This document shows, piece after piece, positions 7,490-14,849 of a stretch of DNA of 41,899 nt. Every line of letters starts with the position of its first letter. The stretch's first letter is position 1. This DNA comes from Deltaproteobacteria bacterium (lineage in GTDB: Bacteria > UBA10199 > SPLOWO2-01-44-7). The stretch spans positions 1 through 41,899 of the forward strand of contig JACRBV010000119.1 in NCBI GenBank assembly GCA_016213065.1, in the 5' to 3' direction. Position numbers and translations under genes: made by a program. A model generated the notes under the pieces. The model made no database searches, was not told the DNA's origin, and saw only the letters and a program-made list of their open reading frames with translations.

Positions 7490-8901
7490 ATGTAATCAAG
7501 ATATTCTCGCATCGACCTCTCCTTAACCATTGCCTCTTCCCTCTTCTGCCACTCTTCCTGAGCCGCCTTGGCGTCGGCCAGTGGATCTGCGATGCGTGGC
7601 AAAACAAAAACTACGAGTTCGGAACGACTCGATTGAAAATCTTTCGAAAGAAAAAGTGTGAAGAGCGCGGAGGAGGTGGCCAAATCTTTGGGCACGCGAT
7701 TGTAAGTCTTTACATCGCGATTGCTCAAAATTCCCCCCAACACCACCGCTTGTCCCAGAGGAAGATACGCCGTGGTGTTTAATGTGTGCGTGTTGATTCC
7801 GCCCTGAATGTGAGGCGAAGCCGAAGAAATGGTCGCGTTGAGTTTTAAATCAATGTCGCTCCCCGCCACAATGGGTTGCGCCTCCACTTTTACTCCCACC
7901 TCTTTGAACTGCACCGACTGCTGGGCATAATAAGGTACCTGCACGCCGCTGAAAAAATTTGCCAAGTCACCGCTTTTGACAAAAAGGGTTGGGTTTTCCA
8001 AAACACGCCCCAAACCTTTTTCCTGAATGAGACGGATTTTCGGCAAAAGATTCATCACAAAACCGATCAGCGATTGTCCCAAACCACCGATGCCTCCACC
8101 ACTTCCACCTAACCCTTCACCGCCACCTTGAGGAAAAGAACCGGGCGCCCATTCAATTCCAAAAGAGCGCAAGGCCGATTTTTGAATCTCCATAAAATAA
8201 ATGTCGAGTTGCACCATCGGTTCTTTTCCGGGATTGCGGTCTCCCTGTTTTACTTCAATGAGGTTGAGACAGTTGGGGTCATAAAGTTTTGCAATCTCGA
8301 ACGCCTTGTTGGAGGCCGATTGGCTAAAAGCCACGCCTTCCAAAATCACACGGTCTCGCACCGAGCGAACCTTGATCCCCGGTGTCGCGATTGCTTTTTC
8401 AATGCGCGAGGTAAGTGTGTCCAGCACCGGTTTTGCAAGTGTCACTTCGTTGACAATTTGCGGATAGCGCGCGGAAAAACTTTGTATCCTTTTATAATCG
8501 GAGGGCGATGGCGCCTCGCCCACAATATGAATGGTGTTGTCTTGTGTGATAAACTGAATCGAAGAGATCGAACCAAACGATTGTTTCGCCTCTCCCAAAA
8601 TTCCTTTGAGGTTGGTGCCGTAAACAGTGACAGGAATGACATCTCTCGCCTCACCCTGTTTATCCCACAGCGTAAGCGTTGTGAAACCCTCACCCTTGGC
8701 GTTCAAATAAATTGATTTGCGGTCTTCCTGAATAAAAAAGTCGGCAACTTTCGGATCCGTCAACGCTACATCGCCGATTTCATATTCTGTAATGAGCGTG
8801 TTTGATTCGCCGCGGGAGAGAGACTGCGCGGGAAGAGACTGTGCCCTTGCCAATAACGGAGTGAAAAATAAAAAATTAAATACCAAAAATGAAAAACACA
8901 T
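7459..8901 (-). CDS. cpaC: Flp pilus secretin CpaC/RcpA
   Basis: Has the N-terminal pilus-formation domain (ITEYEIGDVALTDPKVADFFIQEDRKSIYLNAKGEGFTTLTLWDKQGE). The C-terminal secretin domain reads GLGRVLENPTLFVKSGDLANFFSGVQVPY...VVLGGILSNRDVKTYNRVP...ELVVFVLPRI. Start set at ATG 8901 (MCFSFLVFNFLFFTPLLARAQS is the signal peptide). The 24 track codons upstream are repeat read-through. Confidence 0.85.
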   Translation of the reverse strand: MCFSFLVFNFLFFTPLLARAQSLPAQSLSRGESNTLITEYEIGDVALTDPKVADFFIQEDRKSIYLNAKGEGFTTLTLWDKQGEARDVIPVTVYGTNLKGILGEAKQSFGSISSIQFITQDNTIHIVGEAPSPSDYKRIQSFSARYPQIVNEVTLAKPVLDTLTSRIEKAIATPGIKVRSVRDRVILEGVAFSQSASNKAFEIAKLYDPNCLNLIEVKQGDRNPGKEPMVQLDIYFMEIQKSALRSFGIEWAPGSFPQGGGEGLGGSGGGIGGLGQSLIGFVMNLLPKIRLIQEKGLGRVLENPTLFVKSGDLANFFSGVQVPYYAQQSVQFKEVGVKVEAQPIVAGSDIDLKLNATISSASPHIQGGINTHTLNTTAYLPLGQAVVLGGILSNRDVKTYNRVPKDLATSSALFTLFLSKDFQSSRSELVVFVLPRIADPLADAKAAQEEWQKREEAMVKERSMREYLDYMKNQKSKIKN

Positions 8902-8970
8902 ATCAAAAATCAAAAATTTTTTATTTTTTGTTTGTATTTTTGATTTTTGGTTTTTGATTTTTAATTTTTT
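8863..8970. repeat. Family A heptad hairpin, cargo-free
   Basis: The A-rich arm 8863-8917 (...CCAAAAATGAAAAACACATATCAAAAATCAAAAAT) is followed by the T-rich arm 8918-8970. There is a perfect 14-bp stem, 8904-8917 with 8936-8949, and an 18-nt loop. The cpaC ATG (8901) and signal-peptide codons lie in the left arm. Confidence 0.85.
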
Positions 8971-8972
8971 CA

Positions 8973-9794
8973 TTATTTGCCCCTATACTCCCTGTATCCG
9001 TTGCTCCGCACATGGCCTTTCATTCCCAATACGTCCAACATTGTGGTGGGGCTTAAGGAGAGCGGCTCCTCTTCCAAGAGAGGGCGCAAGGCGAGTGAGA
9101 TTTTGGATTGTGTTTTTGCGAATTCGATTGTTTGCGCTTGTCTCGGAGTAACACAGAGTGTGATTGTTTTTTTCCGCGAAGCAATATTTTCGGAAAAAGA
9201 GCTTCCCGACAAAAAACTTTTCTTGATACTGTTTTTGGCCACCGTTTCCAGCGTCACTTTGGAGCCGAGGTCTTCCCCCACCGCCAACACAAGAATTTTT
9301 TGCGCCACGGTTTGTGTTGTCACAGAGGCGGTGTCGGTGGAATCTTCGATCTCAAATGTCGCCAAAATATCGACAAAATTATTGGGTCGCACCAGCCCCG
9401 CCACGCCGCCTGCATCATCTATATCCAAACTTAACGCCCGCATTCCTTGTGGAATTTTTACCGCCAGCCCCGTAATACTGCTCAAGGCCATCAACTTCGT
9501 TTCTAAAATTTGTTCCCCTTTCAAAATCGGGGCGGCGCTCACAAAACCTACGGCTGACTCCAAAGAAGTCGCCGGACTCGGTTGCAAAAAGCGGCGTGGA
9601 ATTTGTGTTGTTTGAAGCAGTGATTCATCCAAACGCGTGCCCTCCAAAATATCTTTTTTCGCCACAAGCACGGAAATCGGTTCCTCCAGCGAGTTAAACC
9701 GCGCTTCTTTTGCTTTCAAAAAACCCCAAACAAGAAAGAGACTGAAAAAAGCAAACAGGGAGGCGAGCAAAACTGGTTTTTGTTTCCATTTCAT
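8973..9794 (-). CDS. cpaB: Flp pilus assembly protein CpaB/RcpC (SAF domain)
   Basis: MKWKQKPVLLASLFAFFSLFLVWGF (TM) followed by ISVLVAKKDILEGTRLDESLLQTTQIPRRFLQP...AAPILKGEQILETKL, which is the SAF/CpaB pattern. ATG 9794 forms ATGA with the stop of the upstream ORF. Confidence 0.85.
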   Translation of the reverse strand: MKWKQKPVLLASLFAFFSLFLVWGFLKAKEARFNSLEEPISVLVAKKDILEGTRLDESLLQTTQIPRRFLQPSPATSLESAVGFVSAAPILKGEQILETKLMALSSITGLAVKIPQGMRALSLDIDDAGGVAGLVRPNNFVDILATFEIEDSTDTASVTTQTVAQKILVLAVGEDLGSKVTLETVAKNSIKKSFLSGSSFSENIASRKKTITLCVTPRQAQTIEFAKTQSKISLALRPLLEEEPLSLSPTTMLDVLGMKGHVRSNGYREYRGK

Positions 9795-10027
9795 TTTTTC
9801 CTCCCGTCGCAAATGGCTGGATCGATTTGGCAGGGTCTTTCCAAAACAGAAACGGAGAGTTCTTTTTTCTGTAACGTTTCGATCTGTTTATGTTCCGCAT
9901 TTATCAAACGAAACCGGGACTCTGTCGAAATTTTAAAAAGCTTCATAAAGGCCCAGAAAAAAACGAGCATGAGCGGCAACAAGAGAATCAGTTCCGTTGT
10001 GGCGGCGCCTTTTTTATTTCTGATCAT
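9791..10027 (-). CDS. TadE-like pseudopilin/pilus assembly protein
   Basis: 78 aa from ATG 10027. MIRNKKGAATTELILLLPLMLVFFWAF fits the TadE N-terminal motif (G-x-x-x-x-E-hydrophobic-P). Confidence 0.6.
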   Translation of the reverse strand: MIRNKKGAATTELILLLPLMLVFFWAFMKLFKISTESRFRLINAEHKQIETLQKKELSVSVLERPCQIDPAICDGRKK

Positions 10028-10784
10028 AAAATGTCTCCACAGGGACCCTTGCGGTCCGATAAAACAGTGCGTCTGATTTTTCCGGCGAAAGGGCAAAACG
10101 CCAAAGAGAACCTCCATAAGGTTCCGCCGCCGAGAGGGCTTTCAAAGCGTGTCCCTGTTTTTTAACTTCGGCGGATGCTGAAAAACCAACAATGGTGGAC
10201 GGGTCCTTCACAAAAGCCATACGCAATGGCAAGCTGACTCTTGGAATGCGCTCATGACCTGTGGGGTTAACCATCACGCCGTTTATTCTGTCAAAATAGA
10301 AAGTCTCCTGAGGTCCGTCTTTTAAAACAATGGGCGGCTGGAAAACCTGCGTCAAGTTGGACTGGGGAAACTCTTCATGAAAAATACGGTTCGCGATTTG
10401 ATAGGCTTTTGGATAAGCAGTTTGACCCAACTCTTCCATTTCAGACAAAAGGGCTTCTTGATCTTTTAGAGTTTTTTGAATCTGGTTTCTCGCCTCTTTC
10501 TCCGTTTTTCTGGAGCCATTTTTTAGAAAATCTTCTTTGCGGTCGAGAAAGAGTTGATGAACTTTCCAATTTAAAAGCGCCATCTGATTTAAAACTTCGG
10601 TTAGATAACCGGCGCCCGCATACACCGCCCGATCGGTCGTTTCTTGCAGACGAATCTTTTCAAAAACCAGTTTTGAAAACTGAACGGTTGTTACCAACAG
10701 CAACATCAAAATGGGAATGATGAGGATAAAAAAGACAACAACCTGTCCCCGTTCACCTTTTTTTGTTTTTTTCAATAACTGCAT
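10014..10784 (-). CDS. TadG-like (Tad N-terminal domain) pilus assembly protein
   Basis: From ATG 10784. MQLLKKTKKGERGQVVVFFILIIPILMLLLVTTVQFSKLVFEKIRLQETTDRAVYAGAGYL matches the TadG/PF13400 N-terminal pattern. Confidence 0.6.
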   Translation of the reverse strand: MQLLKKTKKGERGQVVVFFILIIPILMLLLVTTVQFSKLVFEKIRLQETTDRAVYAGAGYLTEVLNQMALLNWKVHQLFLDRKEDFLKNGSRKTEKEARNQIQKTLKDQEALLSEMEELGQTAYPKAYQIANRIFHEEFPQSNLTQVFQPPIVLKDGPQETFYFDRINGVMVNPTGHERIPRVSLPLRMAFVKDPSTIVGFSASAEVKKQGHALKALSAAEPYGGSLWRFALSPEKSDALFYRTARVPVETFYDQK

Positions 10785-11131
10785 AGTGCGTAGTTTCCTT
10801 CCTCTCCGCAAAACGGAATCGGATTGTCCATTTGGGGTTGCCGCCATGCGTCTTGTTTATCTTGGTGCAAAAGATCGAGTTGAACACCATTCAGAGAAAA
10901 ATGAAGTGGGGCGTGGGTTACAATCGGTCGTGGATAAATTAATTGCGATTCCGCCTCAGCTTTGTCCGTTTGATAGAGACTCAAAAGTCTTGACTGTTTA
11001 TGAGCCGCGTAGTGCATCAAGTGTCCCTGCAGAACCCAAATCGCCACGGCCACCAATGCGAGAACAATCCCTACCACCCACGGCAAAATCAAAATAAATT
11101 CGACAAGACCGGCTCCGCGACAGTTTTTCAT
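10772..11131 (-). CDS. TadE-like pseudopilin
   Basis: MKNCRGAGLVEFILILPWVVGIVLALVAVAIW is a TadE-type N-terminus. ATG 11131 overlaps the flp stop as ATGA (11128-11131). Confidence 0.65.
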   Translation of the reverse strand: MKNCRGAGLVEFILILPWVVGIVLALVAVAIWVLQGHLMHYAAHKQSRLLSLYQTDKAEAESQLIYPRPIVTHAPLHFSLNGVQLDLLHQDKQDAWRQPQMDNPIPFCGEEGNYALCSY

Positions 11132-11403
11132 GGGTTGGCCTTTGTCATTTCCTGATTTGTCTTGAGAGTTTCAGTGATATTCGCTCCCAATCCGTTAACC
11201 CCTTCCTGAAATATGGGAATGATGCGTGAAGCCGCGGCCACAAGCCCAATCACAATCACGGCGATCAGAAGCATATATTCCGTGGCGCTCTGCCCTTTCT
11301 GATTCCGCAAAATTCTGCATTCTATTTTAGACTCCGCAAACTCTTCGAGTTTGCTTCGCGGTCTGGCAAAGCCAAACCTTGACTTAGATGATTTGTTCAA
11401 CAT
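11128..11403 (-). CDS. flp: Flp/Fap family type IVb prepilin (long leader)
   Basis: ...RILRNQKG/QSATEYMLLIAVIVIGLVAAAS is the Flp motif (G/xxxxEY plus a hydrophobic helix). A strong SD sits 6 nt upstream of ATG 11403 (AAAGGAGGCAATCATG on the coding strand), implying a 37-aa leader. Confidence 0.75.
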   Translation of the reverse strand: MLNKSSKSRFGFARPRSKLEEFAESKIECRILRNQKGQSATEYMLLIAVIVIGLVAAASRIIPIFQEGVNGLGANITETLKTNQEMTKANP

Positions 11404-11830
11404 GATTGCCTCCTTTAGTTGATAGACTATTTGATAGACTATGGACTACGGACCATGGACTATAGACTTCAGACTCAACGGCTCTGATTAAACCGAACAA
11501 ACATCTTGCAGTTTTTTGGCAGATTAGAGTCAGCTCTTCAAAAAGAGAACTATTTAAAAACAAAAGACGTCTTGAAATCTCCAACAGCGCTTCTGTTTCA
11601 GAAAGAGATCCCCTAGCTATATACAAAAAATTTAAATAGTCCTTTTTATGCTGTCTGCTGGCTCCTTCCGCAATGTTTGCCAACGTGGAAATGGCAGCGC
11701 GTCGCATCTGAGAAATCAAACCGTAACGTTCTTCCTTTGAAAAATTTGAGGTACGAGTATAAATTTGAACCGCAAGGTCGCTGGCTAAAATCCAAGCCTG
11801 TATATTTTTAAAGTTTCTCATCATCGTCAT
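11384..11830 (-). CDS. Four-helix-bundle protein (TIGR02436 / PF05635, 23S rRNA IVS protein / Avd family)
   Basis: ...FKNIQAWILASDLAVQIYTRTSNFSKEERYGLISQMRRAAISTLANIAEGASRQHKKDYLNFLYIARGSLSETEALLEISRRL is the canonical family signature (Q.RRAa.Si..NIAEG....s.k....fl.iA.GS..E). Start candidates are ATG 11830, 11824 or 11821; the track start at 11851 lies in the repeat arm. The C-terminal ~30 aa (YSPWSVVHS...) are read-through of the left repeat arm. Confidence 0.85.
   Translation of the reverse strand: MTMMRNFKNIQAWILASDLAVQIYTRTSNFSKEERYGLISQMRRAAISTLANIAEGASRQHKKDYLNFLYIARGSLSETEALLEISRRLLFLNSSLFEELTLICQKTARCLFGLIRAVESEVYSPWSVVHSLSNSLSTKGGNHVEQII
11424..11477. repeat. Family G heptad array, left arm of 4HB cassette G
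   Basis: AGACTAT (ttgat) AGACTAT GGACTAC GGACCAT GGACTAT AGACTTC AGACTCA. Confidence 0.85.
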
Positions 11831-11866
11831 GGTCCTTGGTCCATTGTCCATGGTCCCTAGTCCTTT
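11826..11866. repeat. Family G heptad array, inverted right arm of 4HB cassette G
   Basis: GTCATG GTCCTTG GTCCATT GTCCATG GTCCCTA GTCCTTT. Its reverse complement matches 11443-11467 at about 22 of 25 positions. It ends 1 nt before the flp-like stop codon (11867). Confidence 0.85.
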
Positions 11867-12160
11867 TCACGGTTTTGCCACTCTCTCCGACAGGTCGTGA
11901 TGCCAAGCAAGAAAAGAAGCTCCTACGCTTCGCCCTCCGTGGCCCGGGTTGTAAAACGCCGCCGCCAGCCAAAAAGCCAGAAGCGCCACGACCAAAACAT
12001 ATTCCACCACGACTCCTCCTTTGTTATTGGGCTTGTCGCCGAAGTCATTCTGAGGAGCGTTAGCGACGAAGAATCTCATTCTGATACTGTTACCAAATTG
12101 GATTCTTCGCCCTTCGGACTCAGAATGACACTTTGTCGACAAACCCTTATTGGAACCCAT
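11867..12160 (-). CDS. Second Flp-like prepilin
   Basis: ...PNNKG/GVVVEYVLVVALLAFWLAAAF fits G/xxxxEY plus a hydrophobic helix. The start is uncertain: ATG 12160 gives a 47-aa leader and ATG 12079 a 20-aa leader. Neither has a clear SD. Confidence 0.55.
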   Translation of the reverse strand: MGSNKGLSTKCHSESEGRRIQFGNSIRMRFFVANAPQNDFGDKPNNKGGVVVEYVLVVALLAFWLAAAFYNPGHGGRSVGASFLAWHHDLSERVAKP

Positions 12161-12334
12161 ATTGATTTTTATCTAGTGCAGGAAAGGGGCCAGCCGGAGA
12201 GGGGGTTATTTTTTAGATGAACTGACGAAGATGCATCAATTCCGTACAGGCCTGCATCAAATCGGTCTTTGTTAATATTATTCCTTTACAGGGCGATAAA
12301 ATATGACTAAAATTTACCCATACGAAGGTAAAAT

Positions 12335-13654
12335 ATGAATAAAAATGAAATTGTGACGCTTATTTATGATTGGCAGAACCTAATCCTGAAAAGAAAGGGT
12401 GTGGAACGTTATAACGAATCTGCCATCCTCTCCGCGATTACATCGAAGCCAATCAAAATAATTACCGGGTTTAGAAGAGCTGGTAAATCATTTCTGGCAC
12501 AAAGAATCGCAAAAATACTCGTCGAGAAAAAGGAATATAAAATTGAAAACATTCTCTACCTGAATTTTGAGGATTATAATTTGGCCGATATCAACTCGGC
12601 AAAGAAGTTGGGGGAGATATATTCCGTTTTTCTATCCGACATTGCAAAAGACGGTCTTAAATTAATTTTTCTTGATGAGATACAAAACGTGCATGGTTGG
12701 GACAAATTTGTAAGAACGATATATGAAAAAAGCGACGACACGACAATCATACTCACCGGTTCAAATTCCGAACTTCTTTCGGCAGAACTCGGTTCAAATC
12801 TTGCAGGAAGGTACATTGAGTTTTTTCTTTTTCCGTTCAGCTTTAGAGAATTTTTGAGTTATAAAAAAATTGAAGTAAAAAATGAAAAAGACTATTTGAG
12901 GCAAAAAGCGGAACTCGAAAAATTGTTTTTCGAATACGCATGTTTTGGCGGCCTTCCTGAAATTTTTGAAATTGCGAGCGAAGATGCGAAATACTCCTAT
13001 CTCAAGGGCATCACGACCAAAGTTGTACTCGATGATATCGTAAAAAGATTTAAGGTAGATAACATCGATGTTTTAGAGCGTTTACTGAGTTATGTCCTTT
13101 CGAACATTGGCACTGTTGTTTCATATACCAATTTAAAGGACAGGATAAAATCTCTCGGCATTGAAATTAAGGTCGAAACGGTCATTAAATACATCAATTA
13201 TTTTACCAAAGCATTTGTTGTTTTGGAGCTCAACAAATTCGACTGGAAACAACGCAAGATATTTTCTTCATCGAAAAAGTTTTACTCAATAGATGCGGGG
13301 CTGGCCGGCCTGTATCGCACAGGTCGTGAAAATTTTTCTATGAAACTGGAAAATCTCATTTTCCTCCATCTGAGAAGAAAAACTGACAAAATCTTTTATG
13401 GAATAAATGAGCGCGGGCGGGAAATTGATTTTATTCTCAATCGTGATGGCAATGCTTTTGACAAATATCAGGTTTGTTCCGATCTCAATAAGGATAATCT
13501 GGCCAGGGAACTGGGCGTTTTCGATCTTTCTGACAAATATCTAAAGAAAGGAACCAATCTGATTCTGACATTAACGAACGAGCTTGAATCCGCTGTTCTC
13601 AAAAAACACAACGCGAGTCACTCCAATATAATGAAATGGCTTTTGGAAATTTAA
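12335..13654 (+). CDS. AAA+ ATPase, AAA_14 + DUF4143 family (COG1373-like)
   Basis: 439 aa. Walker A-like ITGFRRAGKSFLAQ and Walker B IFLDEIQNVHGWDKFVRTIYE, with the C-terminal DUF4143-like region ...KFYSIDAGL...EIDFIL. Clearly more AT-rich than its neighbours. Confidence 0.8.
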   Translation: MNKNEIVTLIYDWQNLILKRKGVERYNESAILSAITSKPIKIITGFRRAGKSFLAQRIAKILVEKKEYKIENILYLNFEDYNLADINSAKKLGEIYSVFLSDIAKDGLKLIFLDEIQNVHGWDKFVRTIYEKSDDTTIILTGSNSELLSAELGSNLAGRYIEFFLFPFSFREFLSYKKIEVKNEKDYLRQKAELEKLFFEYACFGGLPEIFEIASEDAKYSYLKGITTKVVLDDIVKRFKVDNIDVLERLLSYVLSNIGTVVSYTNLKDRIKSLGIEIKVETVIKYINYFTKAFVVLELNKFDWKQRKIFSSSKKFYSIDAGLAGLYRTGRENFSMKLENLIFLHLRRKTDKIFYGINERGREIDFILNRDGNAFDKYQVCSDLNKDNLARELGVFDLSDKYLKKGTNLILTLTNELESAVLKKHNASHSNIMKWLLEI

Positions 13655-13833
13655 GGTTTTTCTGTTGACAAATTGCGGTGAAAATATAATCAGAGAGCAC
13701 ATGCTCTGCGAATGTTCTCTTTCTGAAAAACAAGCTGTCTCCACCAAACAAGCAAAAAACCTATATCTTCGGTCTACGTCTTTTTTTGTTTCTTTTTATT
13801 TTATAAAACCAATATTCCAACAAGGAGGAAAAA

Positions 13834-14682
13834 ATGGGTAACACTGTTGTTGCGTTGTCGCTGGATCGTGTTTTTCGTGCAGTAGGAGAAACTTACGGAA
13901 GCGTGCAGGAAAAGGATTTGCGCTACTTTTTGGGAAGCTACGGGTTGCGCGATAAAGACAGTTTGTCCCTTGTACAGGGGGAAGATGGAGAAGCCACGGC
14001 ATCGCTTGATCTTCAGTTATCATCCGGACCCATCAAAGGAATTTTACGTTTTAGTAAATCGGGAAATGTGTCTGAATCCGTCTCAAGTCCGAATTTTTCT
14101 TTTTTCTCGCAGAAAATGGGCAGACCAAATACCCTTGTAACCCGTTTTTTATTTGCATTGGCCTTTGGCCCACAAAATTTGGACACTCCCCTTTCCGATG
14201 AAGAAACCAAACTTTTTGCCGGTGCAAAGCTACTTTATGACAATCCGACCCCTTATGACAAAAGAGCGGATCTTACGCAAAAAATTGCAAATCAGCTTCT
14301 CTTCGCGGCACGCATGATTGAGCTGGCCGACCAAGAGGGCAATGCTGGCGAACTTCGGACTGAGTTTTCCAAAAAGGTCGGACAATTGGACACAGACGAA
14401 CTACCCGGTTTGAATAACAATGATGCTTTGGAACGCCGCGCTCTCGTTTCAAGTCTCATGGTCGGTACTTTTGTTCAAATGGAAGCGGGTGCCAGAGCTT
14501 GCGCAAAACTTGGAAGATGTTTGGTCATTGCCGAACACCCAACATGCACAGGGAAAAAAATTGAAGACTCAGCACGTTATCATTATGTTTATCGTGGAGT
14601 AGAAATCTTCGCAGTGGGAAGACCTTTATGCGCAGATCCCCAAAAACAATATCAGGGATGGGGGATGGGAAAATATTATTAG
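13834..14682 (+). CDS. Hypothetical protein (no recognisable domain, no signal peptide)
   Basis: 282-aa ORF preceded by a strong SD (CAAGGAGGAAAAAATG). The C-terminal part is Cys-containing (CAKLGRCLVIAEHPTCTGK...RPLCADP). Confidence 0.5.
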   Translation: MGNTVVALSLDRVFRAVGETYGSVQEKDLRYFLGSYGLRDKDSLSLVQGEDGEATASLDLQLSSGPIKGILRFSKSGNVSESVSSPNFSFFSQKMGRPNTLVTRFLFALAFGPQNLDTPLSDEETKLFAGAKLLYDNPTPYDKRADLTQKIANQLLFAARMIELADQEGNAGELRTEFSKKVGQLDTDELPGLNNNDALERRALVSSLMVGTFVQMEAGARACAKLGRCLVIAEHPTCTGKKIEDSARYHYVYRGVEIFAVGRPLCADPQKQYQGWGMGKYY

Positions 14683-14722
14683 GTTTTTCAATTCAAGGGC
14701 ACATCCGGAAACCGTGATAATT

Positions 14723-14849
14723 GGGAACCTCCCAAAACTGCCCAGATGCTATGGCTGAGCGAACCCGCAACCGGAGCATACCTTTAATGGTATGTGAGGA
14801 TTGCGGATTTGCGGGCAACAACGCAGATGGACAGTTTTCGGAGGTTCCC
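14723..14849. repeat. 127-bp imperfect palindrome between convergent genes (bidirectional terminator-like or MITE-like)
   Basis: The termini GGGAACCTCC (14723-14732) and GGAGGTTCCC (14840-14849) are a perfect 10-bp inverted repeat. Complementarity extends to about 23 of 27 nt (GGGAACCTCCCAAAACTGCCCAGATGC versus the reverse complement GGGAACCTCCGAAAACTGTCCATCTGC). Inner arms are CCGCAA..GCATACC TTTAAT GGTATGT..TTGCGG. Confidence 0.7.

Noticed and set aside
6993-8970. The A-rich repeat arrays (also 23793-23876) as possible CRISPR arrays
   Set aside because: The period is 7 nt rather than 25-40-nt repeats alternating with unique spacers. No cas genes are present. The arrays occur as inverted arms.
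7050-11851. The Avd-family four-helix-bundle genes as markers of a diversity-generating retroelement
   Set aside because: No reverse-transcriptase-like ORF (no YxDD-type protein) occurs anywhere in the window. I found no template/variable repeat pair differing at adenines near either gene. The near-identical repeats in the giant gene are ordinary tandem units.
13665-13690. Perfect TTGACA (13665-13670) and TATAAT (13685-13690) hexamers upstream of the 13834 gene as a sigma-70 promoter, followed by the palindrome AGAGCA-CA-TGCTCT
   Set aside because: The spacer is only 14 nt, against a canonical 17 +/- 1, so it is unlikely to function as a standard promoter. I note it but do not call it.
14740-14830. 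A possible tRNA or small structured RNA in the 167-nt convergent spacer
   Set aside because: There is no cloverleaf. The central stem closes a 6- or 8-nt loop, not 7, and there is no GTTCRA T-loop or acceptor stem. It is better explained as a nested palindrome, reported above as a repeat.
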